Assembly (NCBI RefSeq): GCF_006345805.1
Contig: NC_043020.1
Location: forward strand, 31,062,001 to 31,126,000
DNA from: Octopus sinensis
Lineage: Eukaryota
Direction: 5' to 3'
DNA: 64,000 bases
Shown here: positions 40,710 to 53,736 of the stretch, one piece after another
Position numbering within the stretch: the first letter of the stretch is position 1
Layout: the number at the start of each line of letters is the position of its first letter
Made by a program: the position numbers and the translations under genes
The notes under the pieces: generated by a model
What the model was told of the DNA's origin: nothing
Seen by the model: only the letters and a program-made list of their open reading frames with translations
Database searches by the model: none

Positions 40710-43700
40710 TCAAAAATGGAAGATAAAATTCCTGGAGGACTGGGTCGATGCCCATCCAAACCACATCCCTTTCTTCGTCCTCACTGAAACCCATCTTAGT
40801 AACCTCCACTTGGAAGCCGAGGTGAAAGTTAAAAATTTCAAAGCCATTCGTGCTGATCGTGCTGGCAGAAGAAAGGGTGGGACTGCCATTTATGTTCATG
40901 ATTCATTCTCAACAGAAGCTATGAACATATTTCCAATGGATACTGCAATCACACTGATACTATCCACAATATTGCAGTGGAGAAAACTCTACTCTCCGAC
41001 CATGACATGGTTCTCTGTGATCTGAGATTTCACCGGCCAAAATGCAAAACAAATGTCATCCCTCCTGTTCATCCATTTGACACTATGGATTTCCACAATG
41101 CAAACTGGGAAGCGATCAATAATGATCTTGTACAAGTCGATTGGTCCTTCACGCACACATACACACTCACTAACATCAAAAAGTCCTAGCAGTCATTTGT
41201 AGACACCATTACGAACAAGGCGCAGGAGTGGCTGTGTGGTTAGTAGCTTGCTAACCAACCACATGGTTCCGGGTTCAGTCCCACTGCGTGGCATCTTGGG
41301 CAAGTGTCTTCTGCTATAGCCCCGGGCCGACCAATGCCTTGTGAGTGGACTTGGTAGACGGAAACTGAAAGAAGCCTGTCGTATATATGTATATATATAT
41401 GTGTGTGTGTATGTGTTTGTGTGACTGTGTTTGTCCCCCTAGCATTGCTTGACAAACCGATGCTAGTGTGTTTGCGTCTCCGTCACTTAGCGGTTCAGCA
41501 AAGGAGACCGATTGAATAAGTAATGGACTTACAAAGAATAAGTCCCGGGGTCGATTTCCTCGACTAAAGGTGGTGCTCCAATGACTGAAACAAGTAAAAG
41601 AGTAAAAGAGTAATATGTGCAAAACACACCCCATTAAGATCTGCAAACAAATCTAAGTGTCGAATCCCTAGAAATAGAAAATCTCTCATCAGGAAAATTA
41701 AAAGAATTAACAAAAAAAATCAACAAGCTGAGATACTGTCAACAGCAACACACAACCTGACTGCCATCTCGTCACTAGAGATTAAAAAACATAAACTCCA
41801 AAACAACATATCTATCATCAATAGTCAGAGAAGAGCTGAAGAGGTCTGGGCCATTGAGAAGATCAAACTCAATCCCAAAGTGTTCTTTTCATTTGCAAAA
41901 AAACACAGAGTCACTGGTTCTACTGTTGGCCCTCTGATTGATGAAAATGGTACTCTTCAAGACAATGCCAAAACCATGGGAGAGATATTGCAGAAACAAT
42001 ATTGCTCTGTTTTCAGCAATCCTGATATGACTGATCTGGGCTGTATCAGTGATGTTACTCCTTAATGCACTTTATCGGACCTAACCTTTGGCGCTCCTGA
42101 TGTCTTAGCACCAATAAAGGAAATGGACCAAAATTCAGCAGTAGGTCCCGATAGGTTCCCTGCTTGTGTCTTGAAGATGTGTCAACACCAACTTGCACCC
42201 CCTCTAGCCAATCTGTGGCGGAACTCACTGGATGCTGGATATATACCAGAAGACCTTCTATCTATTGTCCCAGTCGGTTTGTCCGTCCACTCACCTCTCA
42301 TATCATTAAGGTATTTGAGAGAGTGCTGAGATCGCGTATGACTCACTTCCTCGAGAGTCATAATATGCTGAACTCCAACCAGCATGGATTCCGTAATAGA
42401 AGAGATTGCCTGACGCAGCTACTGCATCATTTTGATGACATTTTGAGAGCCTTGGGAGAGGGTTCCAACACTGATGTCATCTACCTTGATTTCAGCAAGG
42501 CCTTTGACAGGGTTGATCATAAGATCCTTTTGAGAAAGCTGTTCAATATTGGTGTCACTGGAAAGCTGCTGCAGTGGATCAAGTGCTTCCTGTCTACAGA
42601 ACCCAACATGTTGTAGTCGAAGGAGTCAAATCCAGCCCAGCCAAAGTCAGCAGTGGTGTCCCACAAGGCACTGTGTTGGGCCCACTTCTCTTCATCATCT
42701 ACATTATTGATATTACTGACACCATCAAACACAGTAACATCAGAACCTTCGCTGATGATTCCAAGCTCCAGAAGGTTATCAATGGCGTGGATGACCGAAA
42801 AAGCCTTCAGTCAGACTTACTGGCTGTTGTCCAATGGGCAGAAAAGAACAACATGTTGCTAAACGAAGACAAATTCGAACTGATCCACTTTGGAAGGGAG
42901 GACGCTCTGAAACTCCCATACTATCTTCCTTCTGGAGAAATACTCATGGCGTCTAACAACATCGGAGACTTGGGAGTAACAGTGGACAACAACATAAGCT
43001 GGGCTACACATATAAGCAGCAAAGTTGACATGGCCCGCAGAATGTGTTCCTGGATTCTCAGAACCTTCCAGTCGAGAGATTCTCACACCATTATCCTTCT
43101 TTTCTCACTTTTGCCCGACCCCACCTTGAATACTGCTGTCCACTGTGGTCTCCCTGCACAAAACAAAATATTATGAGAATTGAAGCTCCCCAAAGGTCAA
43201 TCACAAAAAAGATAGATGGCATGTCAGACCTTGACTACTGGGGTAGACTACAGAAACTCAAACTGTATTCACTCCAACGACGCCGTGAACGCTACATTAT
43301 CTGTATGATGTGGAAAATATTCCATCAGCACTGTCCGAATGATGTTGGCATCACCTTCAAAATACATCCAAGGCTTGGACCACGTGCCATCCGTCCACAA
43401 CAAAAATCTAAATCGCATCACATAGCGACAATACGGCACAATTATTTCACCTCAATTGGACCCGCTCTCTTCAACATTACACCAGGACACGTCAAAACAG
43501 AAACTGACCACACAAAATTCAAGAAGTCTTTGGACAAACTCCTTCAAACAGTCCCGGACAAAACCCCCACACCGGATATGTCTCCGTAAACAATAACTCT
43601 CTGCTCGAATAGGCCTCGGTGCCCAAATCCTGAATTGAAAGACTTCGCCAGTTGGTGCTATTAAGTTAGACATGGCCTGGGCCAATACTGGCCAAACCTT

Positions 43701-43720
43701 TCTAAGTTATTCTAAGTTTT
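40710..43720 (+). mobile_element. CR1/L2-like LINE ORF2 (endonuclease plus RT), frameshifted, interrupted by a SINE
   Basis: LTETHL, GGTAIYV, NQHGFR, YLDFSKAFD, GVPQGTVLGPLLF, FADDSK and RPHLEYC motifs. Confidence 0.92.
41219..41612 (+). mobile_element. Full-length CORE-type (OR2-like) SINE nested in the CR1
   Basis: A box TGGCTGTGTGG, B box GGTTCAGTCCC, CTTGGGCAAGTG core, microsatellite and (GTAAAAGA)n tail. Confidence 0.9.
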
Positions 43721-43747
43721 ATATATATATATATATATATCTATATA

Positions 43748-43793
<46 letters not shown>

Positions 43794-43868
43794 ATATATG
43801 TATGTATATATATATATATATATATACATGTATATATATGTATGTATATATATATATATATATATACA

Positions 43869-44991
43869 ATGGAGCCTGTTGGTGCCGAGCAGTGATTCGG
43901 TTTTTGTATTGAAAGGACCCACACCACAGGAGACTTTTGATGAAATGAAAGTAACTTATGGTGATGATGCCCCATCATATGACCTTGTAAAACGCTGGCA
44001 TCGTGAATTCAAACATGGTCGGAACTCTGTGGAAACAGCTCCCAGATCTGGTCGCCGCCTTCTGCCATTGATGAGGCATCTGTCTGTCAAGTTGAGGCTG
44101 CCATTTTGGAAGATCGACGCATAACTATTCGCCAAATAGCCCATCAGGTCAAGATTAGTACCGGGTCTGTGGAAACTATCATTCATGACCATTTGCATAT
44201 GAAAAAGGTGTCTGCCAGATGGATTCCCAGGTTGCTCACACCTTTCCAGAAGCAAGAACGTGTCGATTGCTCGAGGGTGAATTTGGAGATGTGCCAAGAA
44301 GATGAGTCAAAATTTTTCAAAAGACTGATTACACAGGATGAAACCTGGGTTCATCACTATGATCCAGAGTCCAAAGCCCAGTCAATGCAGTGGAAGCACC
44401 GTGACTCACCTCCTCCAAAGAAGGCAAGGGTGCAGCCCTCCGCTGACAAGGTCAGGCTCACAGTCTTCTGGGATCAGGACGGAGTAGTGATGACAGATTT
44501 CCTGGCAAAGGGTGTCACAATTACAGGAGTCTATTATGCTTCACTTTTGAGGAAATTAAGAGAAGCTATCAAAATCAAGAGGCGGGGCAAGATCAGCAAA
44601 GGCATCCTCCTCCTGCAGGACAACGCTCCGGTCCACAACTCGTGTGTCGCCAGATCAGAAGTACAGGCGTGCGGCTATGAACTCATCCCCCATTCTCCCT
44701 ACTCTCCTGACCTTGCACCCTCTGATTTTCACCTCTTCCCAGCCATGAAGTTGTTTTTGAAAGGAAAGCGTTTCCCAGATGATGCAGCCTTGATTTCTGA
44801 AGTCACGTCGTGGTTGGAGGACCAAGCTGGGGTCTTCTACAAAAATGGTCTTCAGAGCTGCATCAAACGATGGAAGAAATGCGTAACTCTGGGTGGTTCC
44901 TATGTAGAAAAAGACTAATAACTGTGCCAAGTTTCGTTGCTCTACTGCTATGGGAAGTGGGCCAGGGGCATTACTTATTGAACGCCCCTCG
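43869..44991 (+). mobile_element. mariner (D,D34D) transposon, 5' TIR missing, frameshifted N-terminus
   Basis: ORF 44106..44918: WIPRLL, TQDETW, QDNAPVH-34aa-D and YSPDLAPSD. The 3' TIR GGGGCATTACTTATTGAACGCCCCTCG is followed by TA. Confidence 0.95.
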
Positions 44992-45151
44992 TATATACAT
45001 GCATATAACTATGTATAATGTATGTAAGCATATATATATATATAGGATATATGCGTGTGTGGGTAAATACACGTATATACGTATGTATGTATATATAAAT
45101 ATATCTATGTATGTATATGTATGTATATATATATGTATGTATATATATATG

Positions 45152-45206
<55 letters not shown>

Positions 45207-45807
45207 ATATATATATGTATGTATATATATATATGTATGTATATATATATATGTATGTATATATATATATGTATGTATATATATATATGTATGTATATAT
45301 ATATATGTATGTATATATATATATGTATGTATATATATATATGTATGTATATATATATATGTATGTATGTATATATACATGTATATATATATGTATGTAT
45401 GTATATATACATATATATATATATGTATGTATGTATATATACATATATATATTTATGTATATATGTATGTATGCATATATACATATATATATTTATGTAT
45501 ATATGTATGTATGCATATATATATATTTGTATGTATGAGTATATATATATATGTATGTATGTATATATACATATATATATTTATGTATATATGTATGTAT
45601 GCATATATATATATATTTGTATGTATGAGTATATATATATATGTATGTATGTATATATACATATATATATTTATGTATATATGTATGTATGCATATATAT
45701 ATATATTTGGATGTATGAGTAATATATATATATGTATGTATGTATATATACATATATATATTTATGTAGATATGTGTATGCATATATATATATATTTGTA
45801 TGTATGA

Positions 45808-45849
<42 letters not shown>

Positions 45850-45850
45850 A
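44992..45850. repeat. Long (TA)/(TATG) compound micro/minisatellite
   Basis: Repeating ATATATGTATGT-type units; source of the spurious MYIY ORFs. Confidence 0.95.
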
Positions 45851-46129
45851 TGCCCGAGCACAGCCTTTAGACAAACATAACGTACCCCAGGACTTATTCT
45901 TTCGAAGCCTTGTACTTATTCTAACCTTTTCTCTTTTGTCGAACCGTAAAGTTAGCGGGACATATGTGTGGGCTGTGCTCACCCATGCACAAACACACAT
46001 ACGTCCGAACATGCACACAGATGCATGCAAAGATGCACACTTGAAGGTATTTATGCTTTAAATATGTTGACCATAAAACCGTGACATTCTGAAGAAATTG
46101 TATGTGTGTGCAGGTCAGCCAATGTATGT

Positions 46130-46870
46130 GTGTGTGTGCTTTCATTTCTGTGTCTGTGTGGGAGCGCGCACGTGTGACAGAGTCTTTCCAGTTCAATGTT
46201 TTTGCGTGCGCGTGTGTATGTGTGTGTGAGTGAGGGCGTGTGTAAATGTGTGTTTTGATTTCTAGGTGTGTGTGTGAGTGTGTAACTATGTTTTCATTTC
46301 TGTGTGTGGGTGCGTACGCTTGTGTGTGAGTGTGTTTGACTATTTTCATTTCTGTGTGTGTGTTTGTGCGCGTGTGAGTGTGTGAGTGTTTGGATGTGTA
46401 ACTGTGTATTTTCATTTCTATGTATGTGTGTGTGTGTTTGTGCATGTGTGTGTGTGTGTGTGTGTGACTATTTTCATTCCTGTGTTTGTGTATTTGTGCG
46501 TGTGTGTGAGTGAGTGTTTTCATTTCTGTGTGTTCGAGTGTGTGCGTGTATGGGTGTGTAACTGTTTGTTCATTTCTGTGTTTGTCCGTGTGTGTGAGTG
46601 TGTGAGTGTGTGAGTGTGTGAGTGTTTGGATGTGTAGCTGTGTATTATCATTTCTATGTGTGCGTGTGTGTGTGTGTGTGTGTTTGTGCGTATGTGAGTG
46701 TGTGTCTGTGTGTGAGTATTTTTTTCAGTATTTGTGTGTGGGGGACTGTTTTCATTTATGTGTGTGTGTGTGAGTGTGTGGGTATTTTCATTTCAGTGTT
46801 TGTGTGTGTGTGTGAGAATGTTTTTATTTCTGTGTTTGCGTGTGTGTGAGCGACTGTGTGTTTTTATTCG
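46130..46870. repeat. Minisatellite of TTTCATTTC(TG)n units
   Basis: Recurring TTTCATTTCTGTGTG anchor with variable TG tracts; a shorter inverted homologue lies at about 33120-33200. Confidence 0.8.
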
Positions 46871-47378
46871 TTTGTGTGTGTGCGACAATTACAACTACAA
46901 CAAACACTTTAACCATTTCTAAGATACCCACATTTGCTGATCACTAACTACTAAATCAAAAGAAGTTCAATTTATTGCACCTTTAGTGACTTCAGAAGTT
47001 GCTCATATTTTTCTCATATGGCGACAATGCATTAATTTCACAAGTGGATAAAACAAATTCTCATCCTGGCGTGGAGGGGGCTGATATTCTAGCTGCGAGT
47101 GCTAAGCACCCAATGCCCCCCGTATCTACATACTGGATCGGTCATAATTGGTCTCATTCGGAGATCTCTCGGGTGTGGAATATTTATGACTATAGAAGTT
47201 AACTTGTTACAGGTTTTGTTTATGGCCTAACTTTTGTATATTTGGGAAGTCCACAGACGTTACTGGCTTTGCAGTCAAACCTACTCAAGTAATTTGTCTC
47301 CTTTTTTGTTAAATCTTGTTGGAACTGGTGGATAAGAGTAGACAGTTTGGTCATTATCTTCGATTGACTGTAGTTGTT

Positions 47379-49398
47379 TCAATCTCTGTCTACAGAATTT
47401 CAATCTCTGTCTACTTCTGAAATAGATGCTGAGAACATTGAGGAAGTATACAGCAGCCTCATCAAATCAACAGAGGAAGTTGCATTGGCTACTCTTCCCA
47501 AAAGGAAGAGTAGGGGCCAGAGCAAACCTTCTAATTCCCCAAATGTCATCGAAGCCAGAAACCATCTATATTACTAGCTTACCACCGTTCTCCATCCCAG
47601 TTACTGAAGATCCAACTCATAGCTGCCAGGAAGAATCTTGATGAGGCTTACTTGAACGCCGAGGTCGAATTTATCAATGGCAAAATTAGTAAACTATCGA
47701 AAGAGCACATTAGTAAAAAACACCATCTCGCCTGGAAATCCATCAAAGACCTATCAGGCAAAAATTCTGGGTCATCAATTAGAATTAAAGGGGGATCAGC
47801 TAAGAAGCGTTTAGAAAATTGGTCAACCCATTTTTAAAAACCTCCTTGGGAAGAATGCCAAAATCCCTGATAACCCCACTCTCCCAAGTGTGCCTATATC
47901 AGACACGCTGGACATCAACACCTCCCCTTTTACCATATTTGAACTAACAGCAGCCACCAAGCAACTAAAAGCCTCGAAAGCATTTGGTCCCGACAACATT
48001 CCGGCTGTGATTTGGAAGGATGATAGATTTCACACACTTTTGCTCAACCTCTGCAACCACACACTTTCCACCTTTGTCGCTCCAAAGATTTGGCACCAAT
48101 CTCAAATATTCCAATACCCAAAAAAGGCGATTTGTCCCTCGTCACCAACTACAGGGGCATATCTTTAATGTCAATTGCTGCAAAACTGTACAACAAACTG
48201 ATCCTAAATCGTCTTGTCCTTTTTGTTGAACCTTTGCTCCGAAAGAACCAAAATGGATTCAGACATGGGCGCTCAACGCTGAGCCAGATACTATGCCTGC
48301 GCAGACTTATTGAAGAATCAAAAGCATTTAATCGCGATCTTGCAATGGTATTTGTAGACTTTTCTAAAGCGTTCGATTCTGTAGATAGGTGCAAGATGTT
48401 TGAAATCCTTAAGCTCTATGGGATACCAGACAAAATTATTTCTGCCATCAAGGTCCTCTACACAGATACGTCTTCAACCATCTTAACCACTGATGGAGAA
48501 ACATCATCTTTCTCAATCGAAGCCGGAATACTGCAGGGAGACACACTCGCCCCATTTCTTTTCATCATTGTTGTTGATTATGTGCTACGTATGTCAGTTG
48601 ATACCATCTCTGGCAAGGGCTTTGAAATAAAACCAAGAAGAAGTTCCAGACACCCACAGCTGAGTACTTGACAGACACTGACTTTGCTGACGACATCGCT
48701 CTTATCAGTGATTCTCTCTCCAATGCCCAGTCTCTTTTACAATCTCTTGAACAAGCCTCAAATTGTGTAGGTCTTTACCTCAATGAGGCCAAAACTGAAT
48801 ACATAAACAAGTGCCTGTCCAACAGTGACTGCATCATCCACACTCTCAACAGTGCGCCTTTAAATATGGTTTCTGATTATAAATATCTTGGGTTATACAT
48901 ACATCATCTGCAAAGACTTTCTAACTAGAAAGGGTATGGCCTGGTCAGCCTGTAATGACATGCATAAGATCTGGTCATCAAATCTAAGTAGAGACTTCAA
49001 ACTTGAAATATTCAAAGCCACAGTTGAACCAATCCTACTATATGGCTCAGAAACCTGGACGTTATCAAAGAAGCTTGAGAGGCGGTTGGATGGAACCTAC
49101 ACTCGCCTCCTTATGAGAGCTCAAAATCTCTCGTGGAGGCGCCATCCAACCAAAATGCAAATATATGGGAAATTACCACCTGTGTCATCTCTTGTGAAAG
49201 GTAGGAGAGTCCAGTTTGCTGGACATTGTTGTAGAGCTGAAAAAGAAGTAATTTCTACTCTTCTCCTCTGGAAGCCATCTACTCGCAACACCAGAGGGCG
49301 CACACTCTCCTACCCTGATGTAATCTCCAGGGATACAGGCATCCAGCAACAGGACCTCCGTAATGCTATGATGGACCGTGAACAATGATGATGATGAT
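47379..49398 (+). mobile_element. 5'-truncated RTE-clade LINE with 9-bp TSD
   Basis: NYRGISL, NQNGFR, FVDFSKAFD, ILQGDTLAPFLF, DFADDIAL and LLYGSETW motifs, (GAT)n tail; GTAGTTGTT at 47370-47378 and 49399-49407. Confidence 0.93.
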
Positions 49399-49542
49399 GT
49401 AGTTGTTGATTTTCAACCGATGCTGGTGTGTTTTCCTCCCTGTATTTTAGCGGTTCGGGAAAAGAGAATAAGAATAAATACTAGGCTTACAAAGAATAAG
49501 TGCTGCGGACGTACTGCTCGACTAAAGGCGGTGCTCCAGTAT

Positions 49543-49589
<47 letters not shown>

Positions 49590-50143
49590 CAGATATACGT
49601 GTATATACCCACACACGCATATATACTATCTAAAACAAAAAGAGAAACTTGATTATGTCCGAAGGGTAGTACTAGATAATATCATTACTTTATATATTTG
49701 TGGGGCGTAATGAAAAGTAAATGATGAGCTAGTCAATGTTATTTGTTAAAGGTACCAGCAGATTACTTGCATGTGTATGTGTGTCTGTACGTGCGCGCAT
49801 GCTCGTGTCCCTTTCGCAAGCGAAAAACAAACACACCTATTACAGAAATTGCATGAATGAACGTATTATATGTAGGGAAGTAACTCTTAGGAGATTTTTC
49901 AGCTATCTCCCTAGTGAACAGGTCATAGACTTGTCGCTATATACTCTTTACTCTCATTTACTCGTTCAGTAATTTGACTGTGGCATGCTGCAGCACCACA
50001 TTTAGTCGAACATATGACCCAGGACTTATTCTTTGTAGGCATAGTAATTATATCGGTCTCTTTCGCTGAAACTCTAAGTCACGGGGACGTAAAACAGACT
50101 AGCATCAGTTGTAAAGCGATGCTTGGGGACAAACACAGACATA

Positions 50144-50212
<69 letters not shown>

Positions 50213-50489
50213 AAACACATATACGACGGGTTATTTCAGTTTCCTTCCACCAAATCCAATCACAAAGTTTGGGTCGGTCCGGAGCTATAGTAGAAGACAA
50301 TTGCACAACATGATGCCAGGCAGTGGGAATGAACCCGAAAATATGTGGTTCGTAAGCAAACTACTTACCACACAGCCATTCCTGCGCCTATATTCATATA
50401 TCCGACGAACTTCTTCTTCAGTTCCCGTCCCCAAATCCACTCAGAAGTCTTTGGTCGGCTCGAGGCTATAGTTGAAAACACTTCACGAA

Positions 50490-51374
50490 GGAGCCACGCG
50501 TACCCACACCCTGACCACGGCTTTCAACCGATTCTGATGAAACTTGACACACACATAGCCCAATGTCATAATCAAAACTAACACAGCGAAAATTTTGAAA
50601 AGTCCCCCAGTTCTGAAAAAAATCGATAGATTCGACATGGGGTCAAGAATCTAAGCTTTTCATATGCAACACATTTTCCGTTGTAGTTTTGCAACTTGCA
50701 ATCGATTTTCACCAAACTCATAGTGAAGCTTAATGTTACCCTAAGGAACTTAATTCTGGCGTAAGTTTTCCATGCAATCAGAAAAATCGATAAAATCATG
50801 CCATTTGGGAAATCGCGTTCAAATTCAAGATGACATATTTTCAACAATATCTTTAACAAATTGGCAGGAATTTTTTATGAAATTCACAGCGAGCATCATG
50901 TCTGCTCCAAGGAGCTATATGGCCCTTTTGATTCCAATAGGATACGTTATTACTGGAAAAAATCGGTTAATTACATCATATGTGGCACACATAGCAAACC
51001 GATTTTTCTGCGATATTTTTTGAAAGTTCACATAGATTTTCCCTACACCGACGTTGCATTAAATGTCAAACTAACGACCTTTTGTCAATGCAGTTAACAA
51101 GTATTGGGAGAAATCAACAAAACCATATCACTTTGAGACCGACCATGCGAACCCTACAAAACTGACTTTTGTTAATAGTTGGCGGATTTTCAGGCGATTT
51201 AGTCGATTTATGCCGCTTTTATCATAAAGGTACTAGAAATGGCATATGTTTTCCCTTTGCTCAAATCCGAGCAATGTTGGGCTTGTAGATGCGTTAAGTT
51301 AGGATTAGGTAGGGCTCAGCTGTGGTCCGAACCCAACTTGGGTTCTAGGGGGCAACGGCGGGCTATGCTGCTAG
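50490..51374 (+). mobile_element. Non-autonomous Helitron-like element (3' end)
   Basis: Hairpin GAACCCA-ACT-TGGGTTC and a degenerate GGGCAACGGCGGG before CTAG|T; internal ACCGATT.TGATGAAACTTG motif. Confidence 0.55.
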
Positions 51375-51472
51375 TATATATTATATATATATATATATAT
51401 ATTATATATATTTATATAATATATATGTGTGTGTGTGTTGTGTGGGTGTGTGTGTGTGTGTGGTGTGTGTGT

Positions 51473-53097
51473 GCTGGTCCAGATGGTTTCCCAGCCATCC
51501 TCCAAAGCGTGTAAGCATGCCCTGGCAAAACCCCTCAAGATTCTCTTCCAGAGCTTTCTTGCGAATGGCAAACTGCCAAGCAGGCTGAAGGAGGGAATAA
51601 TATACCCAATACATAAAGGGGAAGTAGGGCAGATGCCCAAAACTATAGGCCTATCCTCTGACCTCACACATCAGCAAAGTCATGGAACGGATAGTCAGAA
51701 AGAAACTAATCGCATTCCTTGAGGAAAAATAACTTGCTGAGTGATACCCAGCATGGGTTTCGACCAGGTAGGAGCCGCTGACCCAGCTCTTACAACATTA
51801 TGATGAGTGTTGAGGCAGTTACTCAACAAATCAAATGTGGACGTAATCTACCTTGATTTTGTAAAAGCTTCTGACAAGGTGGATAATGGTATGATATGCC
51901 CAACTGCGTGACCTCGGCATAGCTGGAAAACTTGGAGTGTGGTTACATGACTTCCTGAAAGATAGGAGTCAGGCAGTAGTGGTTAATGGAGCCACCTCTA
52001 TGAACACACAAATATGAGCGATGTTTCCACAGGGCACTGTCTTGGGACCACTGCTTTTTATAGTGGCCCTCTCAGATATGCCCTCAAATGCCCGGATAGC
52101 CACTCTGGCCAGCTATGCAGAAAATACAGAAAATGCAGAAAGTCTCGCAGAAAATACAGAACCCCAGCGATTGTTGCACACCGCAGCAGGAGTTGGACTA
52201 AATCTACAGATGGGCTGAGGATAATAATATGCAGTTAATGCTGAAACATTCCAGGCCCTGCGCTACCAGCATCCAAAACTGAATATTAAACTTACAGGAT
52301 ACATCGGTCCACAGGGAATTTCAATCCTAGAACCTAAGTCTGTGAGGGACCTGGGTATCGACATGAGTGATGATAACTCTTTCCAAGTGCACATTAGCCG
52401 GATAGCGACAAAGTGCAGACGACTGGCTGGGTGGATCCTAAGAACATTCAGAACCAGAGATAAGGAAACCATGATGGTCCTCGGCGGACATTCGTCCTCA
52501 GCCGCCTGGATTACTGCTCACAACTATGGTCACCCACCAGTGTAAAATTAACAGCGGACCTTGAAGCAATCCAGAGAAGATTTACAAGAAGATCCTCTCT
52601 TTGCAACAGCTCAGCAATGGGAAAGGTTGAAACAGCTAAGACTCTACTCCCTGGAGAGAAGACGGGAGAGGTATGCAGTAATATATGTTGGAAGATCCTG
52701 GAAGGAATTGTACCAAATTTTGGCATTGTAAGCTACACCAATGCTAGAACGGGACGACACTGCATAGTGCCAAATATCCCAGCAATGCCATCACGCTTCA
52801 GGACCAGCTTCTGCAAAGCCTGGGTTTCAAGGGCCCACAGCTTTTAATATTCTCCCAAAGAGTCTGAGGAACTTGCACAAAGTAGATGTAGAGGCTTTTA
52901 AATCAAAGCTAGACCTCTTCCTGTCGAGAGTCCCAGATGAGCTACCTCACGGCAAGAGGTGCAAATGAGGGTAGCTATATGAAATTCCATTCTTCACCAA
53001 GTGCCACATATTAGACGAGGTTCTTCGCAATAACAGTGTAGCACAAAACGGCGGTGCATCAGCATGACCGCAGCTCTGAGCTGATACTAGAGAAAAA
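51473..53097 (+). mobile_element. CR1/L2-like LINE 3' half, decayed
   Basis: GPDGFPA, QHGFR, YLDF.KA.DKV, PQGTVLGPLLF and RDLG motifs; 3' tail with stem-loop. Confidence 0.9.
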
Positions 53098-53135
53098 TAT
53101 ATATATATATATGTGTGTATATATATATATATGTG

Positions 53136-53204
<69 letters not shown>

Positions 53205-53330
53205 ATTCATGGAGCAAGTTGTACTCACAAACCAACTAGGGCGAATAACATATAATATAGTCTTTATACTCTTTATTTGTTTCAGTCATTTGACTGTGGC
53301 CATGCTGGAGCACCACCTTTATCACCTTGG

Positions 53331-53736
53331 CTAGGAAAGATACTAGAAACTTTTGGGATAAACTATGGGGGCAACAGATTCTCTCAGGATACTGATTTAG
53401 TAGGTATTTATTATCAGAACTTCAATTATAATGATAAATTATGATCTAGGAAAGATACTAGAAGCTTTTTAGATATACCTTGGGAGCATCAGATTCTGCT
53501 CAGGCTAATGATTTACTAGGTATGTTATTTATTATCAGAACTTCAATTATAATAATAATTATGGGCTAAGAAAGATACTAGAAACTGTTTTGATATACCT
53601 ATGGGGTCACCAGATTCTGCTCAGGCTACTGATTTAGGAGGTATTAATTTATTATCAGAACTTCAATTATAATAATAAATTATGGGCTAGGAAAGATACT
53701 AGAAGTTTTTTGATATACCTATGGGGTCACCAGATT
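53331..53736. repeat. Tandem repeat, ~120-bp unit, about 3.4 copies
   Basis: CTAGGAAAGATACTAGAA starts at 53331, 53446, 53566 and 53687. Confidence 0.9.

Noticed and set aside
44971-45807. Long IY/MY/CV-rich ORFs here and at 16.0-17.9 kb, 35-37 kb and 60.6-61.0 kb
   Set aside because: Translations of microsatellites.
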